64,000 bases of DNA, taken from assembly GCA_964658305.1 (NCBI GenBank), contig OZ210885.1, positions 24,986,001 to 25,050,000 of the forward strand, in the 5' to 3' direction. The notes below the pieces were generated by a model. It saw only the letters and a list, made by a program, of their open reading frames with translations, ran no database searches and was not told the origin of the DNA. This document shows positions 10,813 through 21,835 of this stretch, piece after piece. The position numbers and the translations under genes are program-made. The stretch comes from Leptogorgia sarmentosa (taxonomy: Eukaryota). Position 1 is the first letter of the stretch; each line of letters starts with the position of its first letter.

Positions 10813-12211
10813 TATTTTTACGAAACCTATTCGCAGGTTGATTTGTGAGCACATGCTCATACGATAAGAAGAGTTTAAAATAAAAGCTTGCATATAAATG
10901 TTTCAAAATAAAAGCTCGAATATAAGAGTTCAAAATTAAGAGCTTGAATAAAAAAGTTTAAATATACGGGTTTAAAATAATCACTCCCTCTGTGACGTTC
11001 GTAGCATATTATGTCGGAGACTGCGACCTTAATATTATATTAGACGTAATTAGTCCACTTAATTAATGAGGAATGCGTGAGGCGTTTGACACATAGCTAG
11101 GTAGATTAAAATCAGTGAGGTTGAAAGATAGGAATGAGTCAAAGACTGACTGTGAGAGAGATCTGAGTGCGTGAACGAGAGTGAGTGTTTTTTCTTAATA
11201 AATCTTTACAAAACCAAATTTGCTTTGTCGAGTCCTTTGTTTCTTAATACCTATTAGTAAGGGTCAATTTACTAAACTTGGCACCTCCGACAGGATTGTG
11301 AAAATGAGTGAAGCAACAAACGCCAGCGCTGTGTTGAAGACCAAACTAGTTCAACTGCAACTAACGACGAAGCGAACGGAAGGAATCCTAGCAAAATCTG
11401 ACGAGGAATCTATTACTCGGCATCTTGGAACACTCCGAACTGTAGTTAGTGAAGTGGACAAACTAAGACTCACGGTTGAGGGGAAAAAATCAGTAATGAC
11501 GAGGACACAACCGAGTGGAACACGGAGATCGACGGCAAAATCACCGAAGCAGATAGCCATGTACGTCGAACGAAAGAATGGTTAGCGGAAAACAAAAGGT
11601 AACTTGAAGAAGTCGAGAGAGAAGAGAAGATCAAGTTTGAAGTAAAACTTTACGAAACTAAAGCTAAACTGCGAAATGAACATAGTCTTGAAAGCCCCCC
11701 GCAAGCGAGTAAAACTATGATTGGAATGCAGGCGAAATTACCCAAGCTGGTGATTTCTAAATTCAATGGTTCTCCAATGGATTGGCCGAGGTTCTGGGGG
11801 CAATTCTCTGAGAACATTGATCAATCCGCTATTGCCCCAGTAACTAAGTTTTCTTACCTCCGTGAGTTGTTAGAACCTAAAGTGCAACAAACAATCGAAG
11901 CATTGCCCTTTCACGCCGAGGGCTATAATCAAGCGATAAGCATCCTCAAAAATAAGTACGGGAATGAATCCGAGATAGTGAAGGGTTACATGCGCGAAAT
12001 ACTTGGGCTACCCACCATACAAACCGCGAGTCCGAAGAAAATTCACGAGTTTAGCGAGAAGTTGTCTTACTGCGTTCAAGCTTTAGAGACATTAGATAAG
12101 ATAGACGGTGTCAATGGCGCTGTGGCTAAGACCCTAGAAAAGCTACCTGGCATTCGCGGGGATATAGTGCGGACAGACCCTGACTGGGAACAATGGAACT
12201 TTCCCAAACTA

Positions 12212-12985
12212 CAAGGTGTATCAAAAAAAAGTTTACTGATGAAAAACATTCTCTAAACTAACGAGCGCTCAAAATTTCCAAAAACTTTCGGTTAGCATGG
12301 GTAGTTTAACACCCTCTGGTATATCTAGCACTAAGTTTATTTTAAAAATAAACTTTTTTCGAATGGAAAATGTGGTTACTGAAAGGCCCATTAAAAACGG
12401 CTTGCGCGGAAAAAATAAGTTTTCTTCACACAATTTGATTTAATCGCATGAAAATATGGAGTATGATATACAAACTATTCAAGTTTTGAGAAATTTGGTG
12501 CACGCTGAGACGAACGGGCGATGTCCGAAAACTGGTTTTCCGCAATTTCTTCGCGTAATTACGGACCTTTGGGAATTAGCTTGCAATTTGCATTGGTAAT
12601 TAATGCAAATATCCAATTATGCATAAATTAATCGGTAATCACGCAGGAAAGAACGCAAAATCCAGTTTTCGGACATCGCACGTTCGTCTCAGCGTGCACC
12701 AAATTTCTCAAAACTTGAATAGCTTGTATATCATACTCCATATTTTCTTCCGATTAAATCAAATTGTGTGAAGAAAACTTACTTTTTCCGCGCAAGCCGT
12801 TTTTAATGGGCCTTTCAGTAACCACATTTCCCATTCTAAAAAAGTTTGTTTTTAAAATAAACTTAGTGCTAGATATACCAGAGGGTGTTAAACTACCCAT
12901 GCTAACCGAACGTTTTTGGAAATTTTGAGCGCTCGTTAGTTTAGAGAATGTTTTTCATCAGTAAACCTTTTTTTGATACACCCTG
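12212..12985. mobile_element. 774-bp foldback (near-perfect palindromic) non-autonomous DNA transposon, TA TSD, copy 1
   Basis: Ends CA(A/G)GGTGTATCAAAAAAA...TTTTTTGATACACCCTG flanked by TA; removal restores the gag frame FPKL|VEVLNQW. Confidence 0.93.
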
Positions 12986-15652
12986 TAGTTGAAGTGCTAA
13001 ACCAGTGGTGTAGGAGAAATCCTATCGACAAAGAGGAGAGACAAGCTGTTTCATGTCTCTCGTCGGGTGTCAAGTCAACATAATTGCGTTTATTGCGATA
13101 GCGGCGAACACAAAACGAACGATTGCGTGAGAGTATCTCTGACGTCAGCTCGTAAACGTATACTTGCCAAGAAACGATTGTGTTTTAATTGCGCCGCAGG
13201 CAATCATAAGGCCTCTGAGTGCCCTAGTAAAGCCACTTGTAGGACGTGTGGAAAGAGACATCACACCTTCATCTGTGATTCTCACGACAACAAACCAGAT
13301 GGTGAAACCCAAGACCCTACTTTAAACATTGCCATGACTACATGCCAGAAAAGCGAAGCGGTGTTCCCCATAGTCGTTGTGGAAATCAATGGGATTCGCT
13401 GTAGAGCCTTGATCGATTCTGGAGCGGGGAGCTCGTACGTGTCAGCGAAGCTGATAGACTTGCTCAAACTGAAACCTTCACAATCGCTGCTAAAAAATAT
13501 CGACATGCTTATGGCGTCTAAGACTTCTAAATTGGACATATACGACGTGAAAATTGATTCACTGGACGGTTCGTTTAGTCTCCCGGCTAAAGTTACGAAA
13601 GTAAACAAAAGTGAACTTCTGATGATCAACAATCCCAAATATACCGAGCTAATTAGTCAACACCCACACCTAAAGGGCGTGACCATGAACGATAATGCCA
13701 CCAAGGACTCCCTGCCGGTTCATCATTTTGGGGAGCAGGGAGTATGCAAAAATCAAAACACAAACGAGACCGAGAATAGGAAATGACAAAGCCCCTATCG
13801 CCGAGTTGACCAAGTTCGGTTGGTTTTTGATGGGCCCCGGGTACAAGTTCGAAAGCCAAGTGATGTTGTTGACCCAGACCTCTCACATCGAGTATGAGGA
13901 ATTATGCAGGCTAGACGTTCTAGGGCTCGAGGACACCTCCCAGCACGACCAGTCGGTAGTATTTGACGAGTTCAAGGAACAGTTGACACGATCACTGGAA
14001 GGATGGTACGAAACGGCGTTACCATGGAAACCGAACCACCCACATCTCCCTAACAATGAACGCAACAGCTTGAAGCGACTCGGAAGTTTGATCAAGAAAC
14101 TTCAACGTGAGAACCTGATGGAGAAGTACGACAGCATCATACAAGAACAACTCGCTGAGGGGGTTATCGAAAGAGTTCCACCACCCGCAGAGACCGAAAG
14201 TGATGTGGCAGACATTTCTACCAGAACCGGAAATGATGTATCAGAACCTCCCACCGAGACCGGAAGTGACGTTGTAAACCTTCCCACCGGAACCGGAAGT
14301 AATCCTTCAACACCTGCCACGGTGACAGTGAACGACGCCAAGGAATTCTACATTCCACACAGACATGTGATCCGAGAGTCAGCCCAAACAACAAAAATGA
14401 GGATAGTATACGACGCCTCAGCCCGAGAATCACCAGAAAGTCCGTCCCTCAACGACTGCCTCTACCCAGGACCGGCCCTACAGAACAAGTTGTGGGACGT
14501 GTTGGTGCAGCAGAGAGCACATCCCGTAGCAATTTCCGGCGATATTAAACAAGCGTTCCTGCAGATTCGAGTACGAGAATCCGAGAGGAATGCGCTGCGA
14601 TTCCATTGGAAATCCAACGTTGACGCGAAGGTCCTTACGTATCGGTTTGGGCGCGTGTTGTTCGGCCTCGCACCCTCTCCATTTCTACTTGGAGGAGTTC
14701 TCGAATGCCATCTCGATTCGTGGGCCGAACGATATCCAGACGACGTGGAGCGGCTGCGTCGTAGCTTATACGTGGATGATATTTTGTCTGGTGGAAAGGA
14801 CATGACAGAGGCAAAACAACGGAAAGCCACAGCAATCGAGATCATGGACGATGCGAAGTTCAAGCTACACAAATGGAACTCGAACGGGCCAGAGCTGGAA
14901 GACAAAGTCAGCCAAATCTGCGATGAACAGTCGTTTGCGAAACAACAGCTGCAAGTCAAACCAAGTGAGTCGAAGCTTCTGGGCCTCAAGTGGGACAAGA
15001 TCACAGACACCATCTCCGTAGAATTCCCCACAAGTACGTCGGCGACCACCAAGCGTGAGCTACTCGCAAGTTTGGCAAGAATCTACGACCCTCTTGGTCT
15101 AGCCTCACCAATAACGTTGCAAGGAAAACTCGTGTTTCGTGACGTATGCGACTCCAAGATTGGATGGGATCACGATCTTCCACAACACCTCCAAAAACGA
15201 TGGCTGAAGTTTGAGAAATCCCTTCCCGAACGAATAAATGTCCCGAGACCACTTGCACCTTACCATCAGCCAGTTGAGTCATCCGAGCTACACGTCTTCG
15301 GGGATGCATCGACTGAAAGAGTAGGTACGGTTGTCTACTCTGTGGTTCGCCAAAGCGGAGGTGTCAAGACTTCCCTCGTTGCTGCGAAGTCTCGGTTGGC
15401 AAAGAAGAACTTGACAGTGCCAAGATTGGAGTTGGTCAGCGCTCAAATGTCGGCAAACCTCGTAATGAACGTAAAGAAAGCCCTAGTAGAACTTCCCACA
15501 CCAGAGATCATTGGCTGGTTAGACAGCACCGTCGCACTTCACTGGCTCCTCGGCAACGGCCAGTACAAACAGTTCGTGACAAATCGTGTGAGGAAGATAC
15601 GAGAGCATGCTGAGATCAAATGGAGATACGTGCCGACTGACGAGAATCCGGC

Positions 15653-15752
15653 GAAAATTATACCTTTTTTTTTAATTTTATATGCGTATACAAGTTCACT
15701 TTTATAACATGCATATGTGTCTTGAATACATGTCGCGACACGCTACTCTGCC
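15653..15752 (+). repeat. 100-bp insertion copied from 18349-18448
   Basis: Near-identical GAAAATTATACC...CTACTCTGCC; interrupts the BEL ENPAD..SRG motif. Confidence 0.9.
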
Positions 15753-17883
15753 GTGGAGGGCAGATTACTGGAAGCACGTGGTTGACGGGCCCCGAGTGGC
15801 TCGCTGATCATGATCGCTGGCCAGAGAATCGAGTGGTGGAGAAATCTGCAGCGTCTGAAGTTGAAGCGAAAGCAATGAAAGAAGTTCTCGGTCTCGCGCA
15901 AGAACAAGACCAAGCTTCGGAGAACAACCCCTTCGAGAACCTTCTTAAACGTTACGATTTACTTCGTGCACTCCGAGTTCAAGCCTGGGTATGCCGGTTC
16001 ACAACAAATCGTCACCGCAGTGGCCCCCTGACGTCAAGCGACCTGAAAGAAGTTCAAGACTGGTGGACGAAACGGGAACAGGCGAAGGATTCCCAGAGAC
16101 CCCACTTCGAGCATACGAGACAAAGCCTCAACCTCGTAAAAAACGAACGCGGAATTCTGGAATGCCACGGACGAATCCAAGGACAACACCCCATATATCT
16201 CCCAGTCGACTCCGAGTTCACTCGAAAACTCGTAGCGATGGGACGATGAAAAAACGATGGCGGCGGTACGTGAGATCTATTGGGTGCCAACACTGAGGCA
16301 ATTAGTGAAGGCTGTTCGAGCGAAGTGCTACGGGTGTAAGCGGTTTACGGCGACGCCGGTCATGAAACCGATTCCAGGGAAGCTGCCTAAAGACCGTACC
16401 ACTGGGGGAGCAGCGTTCGAAGTGATAGGCACGGACTTCGCCGGTCCAATTCGTGCTATATGTGCTCCAACAAACGTGAAGGAAAGAGCCACTTGGCGAT
16501 ATTCTCGTGCAGCCTATCGCGGGCAGTCCACCTCGAACTGATTAAGAACCTCGAAACGACATCCTTTCTCCCGTGCCTGAAACGACTGATCGCCCGTCGC
16601 GGACGTCCAAGAACCATTTATTCAGACAATGGGGCTACGTTTGTCAAGGCCTCGAAGTGGCTGAAACAAATCAGGAACAACAAGCGCGTACAAGGCCTGT
16701 TGCAGCAGTACGACGTGACGTGGAAATTCAACCTGAGCAGGGCCCCATGGTGGGGTGGCCAGTTTGAACGATTGATCGGGGTAGTAAAAAACGCCATGTA
16801 CAAGGTGATCGGTGGAGCGACTCTAACATGGTCGGAATTGAGCGACGTACTGTTAGACGTAGAGATCCAAGTGAATCGTCGCCCACTCAGTTACATGGAA
16901 GACGATGTGGAACTCCCAACCTTAACCCCTTCCACATTCCTCTTCCAACGAACCAACGAATTACCCGAAAGTGAACCTTGGCGGACTGGAGAGCAAGACC
17001 TACGGAAACGAGCAAAGTACCTGATCGCGTGCAAGAACAACTTGTGGAAGCGATGGCAACGAGAATATCTGACTGCTTTGAGAGAACGTCACAGCCTGAT
17101 CCCTAAAGCCCCAAAATATCAAGTGAAAGAAGGAGACGCTGTAATCGTGAAGACCGATAACAGAAACCGAGGAAAGTGGCCCCTAGCTATCGTACAGAAA
17201 ATATTCCCAGGACCAGACGGCCAGACGCGAGCTGTTCAGCTCAAGACGAAGAACGGCATGCTAGAAAGACCGGTTCAGCATCTCTATCCGCTAGAACTTC
17301 AATGTGACAAGAAAGAGAAGGACGGTAACGGAAGCCAACTCCATCTGAATCCCGGAGCAAGACCGTTCCTACCAAAGAGAGCAGCCGCAGTTGACGCGAG
17401 AGCAAAAATAACAGCCATAGCTGAAGAGGACAAGTGAACGGTTTGAAGTGACATTTTCTTAGAACTTTAGTACTACATAATTATATATATTCAAGTTTTG
17501 TTCATGAACGCATTGTGTTTGAAGTGCAGTCTCCTTTGAGAACATGCAATTTAGTCCCTAACTTGCATGGGGGAGTGTGTCGGAGACTGCGACCTTAATA
17601 TTATATTAGACGTAATTAGTCCACTTAATTAACGAGGAATGCGTGAGGCGTTTGACACATAGCTAGGTAGATTAAAATCAGTGAGGTTGAAAGATAGGAA
17701 TGAGTCGAAGACTGACTGTGAGAGAGATCTGAGTGCGTTAACGAGAGTGAGTGTTTTTTCTTAATAAATTTTTACAAAACCAAATTCGCTTTGTCGAGTC
17801 CTTTGTTGCTTAATACCTATTAGTAAGGGTCAATTTACTAAAATTAAGTACACATGTTTTTGTTAGCTTCGTAACACTAAACC

Positions 17884-18034
17884 CAGTGGCGAAGCCAGCC
17901 CGACTTTTGGTCATGCAAATGTAAATTTTTCTGTGTTTATAGACCGTATAAGGAATCAATTTCTGAAGAAATGAATAACATAATGATTTAAATTTGCATT
18001 TGCATGACCAAAAGTCAGGCTGGCTTCGCCACTG
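17884..18034. mobile_element. hAT-type MITE (151 bp)
   Basis: TIR CAGTGGCGAAGCCAGCC.GACTTTTGGTCATGCAAATG; 8-bp TSD ACTAAACC. Confidence 0.92.
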
Positions 18035-18499
18035 ACTAAACCATTATTACAACACGCATTGTTAGCTCTGTCGCGCTACATTAAATTAAAAATATTCATA
18101 TAAGCTTGAATATAGATGTTTAAAAGAGTTCATATTTTAAATGTTTGAAAATAAAACTTTGGCCCTTTCGCAATATATGGGCAGATATATTTAATATCGA
18201 AATAGGTCAGGGTCAGAACAGTGGTTCGGGTCAAGGTTACTGATTGTGGCAATATATGTGCGCCTCTGTATCATAATACGATATATATTTGACATTTATT
18301 CTACTGTCACACATCCTTTTTAGTCACACACACACACACTCTTTTACTGAAAATTATACCTTTTTTTTAAATTTTATATGCGTATACAAGTTCACTTTTA
18401 TAACATGCATATGTGTCTTGAATACATGTCGCGACACGCTACTCTGCCTATAAGAATTCCCTCACTAATTGCACTAACCGCTGTCTGAATCAATTAACG

Positions 18500-18745
18500 C
18501 CTTGCATACTATTTACTTTTTGCATACCAGTTACTTTTGCATACTATTTGAAATTGTCACACATCATCGGGTGTCAACTGTTACTCGCGAACGTTTTGCA
18601 TGTATTAACCCCCTGCATACCAATTACTTTTTGGCATGCTAATTAGCGCTACTTTTTGGCATGCTAATTAGCGCTACTTTTCGCATGCTATTTACTTCCG
18701 GCGCTAAGGCACTTGTTCTCCTTGCATATTAATTACTTCCGGTGC
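18500..18745. repeat. Short degenerate tandem repeats (GCATGCTAATTAGCGCTACTTTT / TTACTTTTGCAT / TTACTTCCGG)
   Basis: Directly visible repeated units. Confidence 0.6.
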
Positions 18746-19499
18746 CATATGTACGCGATAACCTACTTAGATGTTGCTAATGACTTCGTTGAGAGAAATG
18801 ACAGGAGAAAACAGATTTTTGGCCATTTCACCAAAAGAGACACATGCACGAAGCTATCTTTCGCAGACAAAATGTACTACTCACTGTAGTTCAGTACACT
18901 TTGAACGAATAAATTACACTTCTATTTGTTCCCATCATATACTATTGCAAGTCTATTGCATCTCATATCAACAGAAATCAAATAGAAGGAAAGTTTCCAG
19001 ATTGTAGTTTTTTTATGTTATAATTCATTACGTAAATAGCTGCTATAAAAATGTAATTTATAAAGATAAAATTCATATATCATAATCTCATACTAATTCA
19101 ACTATTTGGTTTGGGTAAAGGTTTGGGTCTAATGCGACTAGTTCCGTCTTAGTTGATGTACTTTGTAATCTTCAGAATTCTGAAAAATGTACGGAAATCG
19201 TAATTTCGGGGGTTCTACATTTCAAAATTTTCTACGGGGGGTATACCCCCTAGCAGCGCGAACGCCTTCGGCATTCGCCTAGTGCTGAGGCTTCTGGCGA
19301 GCCCCCCCAATGTATATTTGCTTCCGACGGCCTTGAGGAATATATGTTGTTCACATGGGTGTTTGAAATGGCATATTCTGACCAAATGGAACATTAGAAC
19401 CTCAAAGACTGATTCTGGCATTTGAACACAACTTGCACTGTAATCAGACTTATTACAATGGCATGACGGGTTTGAAATAGCCTGGTTTTAATGGTGTTA

Positions 19500-20860
19500 G
19501 GAAAAGCAAATCACCGAATTTTCTCACTCTGGATAAGGTGACATATATCCAATGCCTTTTGGAATGTTGTCAATGTCAAAGCACAAAATAGCTCTGGCTA
19601 GGGTTTGACCTTGTGTTTTAGACATTGTTGTTGCATAGCCACCAACTCAAAATGGATAACATGTTTTTTGTGCTGTGGGTGTGTGAACAGTGACTGGGTA
19701 GGTTGCTACTAATATGTTAATATAATAGTGGAATTCTGACGCATTTCCACCGTTGCAATTTGGCCATTGACGACATTGTTAGTTTTGTCTCGGTTCTTGG
19801 TTATCATCACTCTCATGCCTTCTGTTTCACTGTCGAGTTGACAAAGGGCAATTGGGGTATCGTTTGCAAAAACACTGGATGAAATAACATCATTGAAATA
19901 ATTTGCTGCGTTGTTAGTGAAAGTTAAAATGGTAGTCAGTGGGTTCTGTTCAAATGCCTGAATCAATCTTTGAGGTTCTAATGTACCATCTGGGCAAAGT
20001 ACCCGCCCTTCTTGCAATTCATTCAACATTGACTGAGTGGGTACCCAATTGCGAACATGATCCAGAAATTTCAAGAAGTTCGCATCTGCGAGTCTATGTT
20101 GTCCTCTTAGCAAGTGTTGGTATGTTGAAGATATAAATGTCGAATTACTAAGTGGGCTTTGTACAGTCATTGAACGATTATTTCTCTTTTTGAAAGGTTG
20201 CTGTTGACAATAGTCACCCCCGAGGACTAAGGCCTGTTTCAGTGGTCGAACTTTAGTCGCGTCGAATGCAATTGAAACAATAGATAATGAGATAACTTGC
20301 CTGATTAGCAGCTCATTATCCTTTGTCTGAATTGCATTCGACGCGACTAAAGTTCGACGTTTGAAACAGGCCTAAGACTGGCCTGAACATTAGTCGGTTA
20401 AAAGTTGCCAAAATGTGTTCAAAAATTTTCTCTGATATCATGGATATTTCGTCAATGATAACCATGTCAAACCGTGATATAGCCCAGTTTGTAGACAGTT
20501 GCTGGTCGGTACTAACTGGAATATTAAAAGCCGAATGCACAGTCTCACAGGTCACAACGTCGGGCAAAATTGCACGATAACGCATTGTTAAAAAACCGGT
20601 TGATGCTGCCACTAGTATATTCAGGCCACGTTGAGCATGCTTTCGCACAGAATGACAAAGAACATGCGTTTTGCCTGAACCTGCCTTGCCTATAAGTAAA
20701 ATGGGCTTTGCCACTCAATACGTGTTTCAAAGGCCTCTGACGCTCAATGTCCATTTCTATTTTGCAGCTTGGATCATCTACCTCAACATCACTATCTACA
20801 GGGTGTATGAAAAAAATGGTAACACAAATTTGGTGAGCCATATTTCACCAAATCGTTGAT
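19500..20860 (-). pseudogene. PIF1-family SF1B helicase relic (Helitron-like)
   Basis: GKAGSGKT, VAASTG, TVHSAF, IIDEISM, GGDYCQQQP (after removing the MITE), RVMITKN...VVNG and KTQGQTL..YVTLSRV. Confidence 0.85.
20231..20372. mobile_element. PIF/Harbinger (Tourist-like) MITE
   Basis: TIR GGCCTGTTTCA...TGAAACAGGCC with inner inverted repeats; TAA TSD; removal restores the helicase frame. Confidence 0.88.
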
Positions 20861-21835
20861 GGATTTCATCGAGCTTGATATCATTCGAAAGTTCAGTTCA
20901 TTAGCTTTTAGATGACACGTTTTATGTGGTATTTAGTTGAGAAACCAGCGAGCAGTGCTTCGGTGAACGTTTTAAGTGAATATCGCATATTTCCACCGAT
21001 GAGAATTGCACGCAATTAAACCCAAGAGGTTTAAGACGGCTTGCTGTAAATACCACCTATACCCATGCAGGATAGAGAAATCCGATTTTTTCATACTTTG
21101 TCACAATAAAGGCCTTTGGTAACTTGTTTCAAAAATCTAAGTTTAGGGTTGTTTGGGTTTTTATTTTTTAGCCGAGAACGATTTATGTGTTTGACCGCCA
21201 CAAGCCAGAGAATCCGACCTCAAAAATCATCATTTTTGGACGAGATTTTAATTTCAATCTAAAGCAATAACTGCAAAGTCAAAATCTTCTTGTTAAAGTA
21301 TGAACCTTGGTCTCTACTTCAGCAGTATCAGATTAAAAATAAACGTAATTCCCAACATATTTCTGATCTTTCGAATTTGTGACTTGTAACGTCAGTGTAT
21401 CACGCACATAATTACGGGGAATTTGAAGGCCAAAATCGTCATCTGGTACATTGAGTATCCAAAAAATAATAATTTTCCTGTTATCAGTATCTTTTGAGCT
21501 TGACTATATAAAAAAATCAGCTCGGGTAAACGAGATGCAAAAATGTTAGAAGGTTTGAAACACTGGTCACTTCCGTTCATCTGTTGACGTCTTGACCTTT
21601 GTTGTGTAAGGATAGTCCATGAATCATTGTTTTTTATTACTTGCTGATTTCCGTAATAATTCTCCTTGTGGTCGAATAAGATCACAAGGGAGTCAATAAC
21701 CGAGATTTCAAAGGAAAATTCTCATAGTTTAGACGAAAATACACTAATTTTTCACTGTTCAGTAGTTGTTTACTTTGAAGTTGATAACTTAATTACATAA
21801 ATTCACGATGTACACACGATTATGACATCCCAATT

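Larger units (their letters stand above)
11304..17437 (+). pseudogene. BEL/Pao gag-pol (gag, Zn knuckles, aspartic protease, RT, RNase H, integrase), frameshifted
   Basis: LPKL..F.G...W..FW..F gag domain; CxxC..H..C knuckles; ALIDSGAG; YIPH/RIVYDAS/YVDD; LHVFGDAS; GTDFAGP, SDNG, PWWGG.FER; RPVQHLYPLE. Confidence 0.93.
11012..17842 (+). mobile_element. BEL/Pao LTR retrotransposon, full length, decayed
   Basis: 265-bp LTRs (11012-11276, 17578-17842; about 6 differences), PBS TGGCACCTCCGACAGGAT at 11279, PPT GGGGGAG before the 3' LTR, ATTA duplicated at both junctions. Confidence 0.95.
1..18340 (-). mobile_element. Polinton/Maverick (adintovirus-like) endogenous element 1, left part outside window, with nested insertions
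   Basis: Co-oriented adenain, MCP, core, penton, rve integrase and pPolB genes. The right end is only tentatively placed at ...CACACACACACT (18340), matching the 5'-AG plus short-repeat type of Polinton terminus. Confidence 0.9.

Noticed and set aside
19195..19335. Complete MITE
   Set aside because: Only one plausible end (...GCTTCCGACGGCCTTG); no partner TIR or TSD seen.
18349..19500. Helitron 3' terminus (hairpin plus CTAG)
   Set aside because: No convincing terminal hairpin/CTRR found; element boundaries left undefined.
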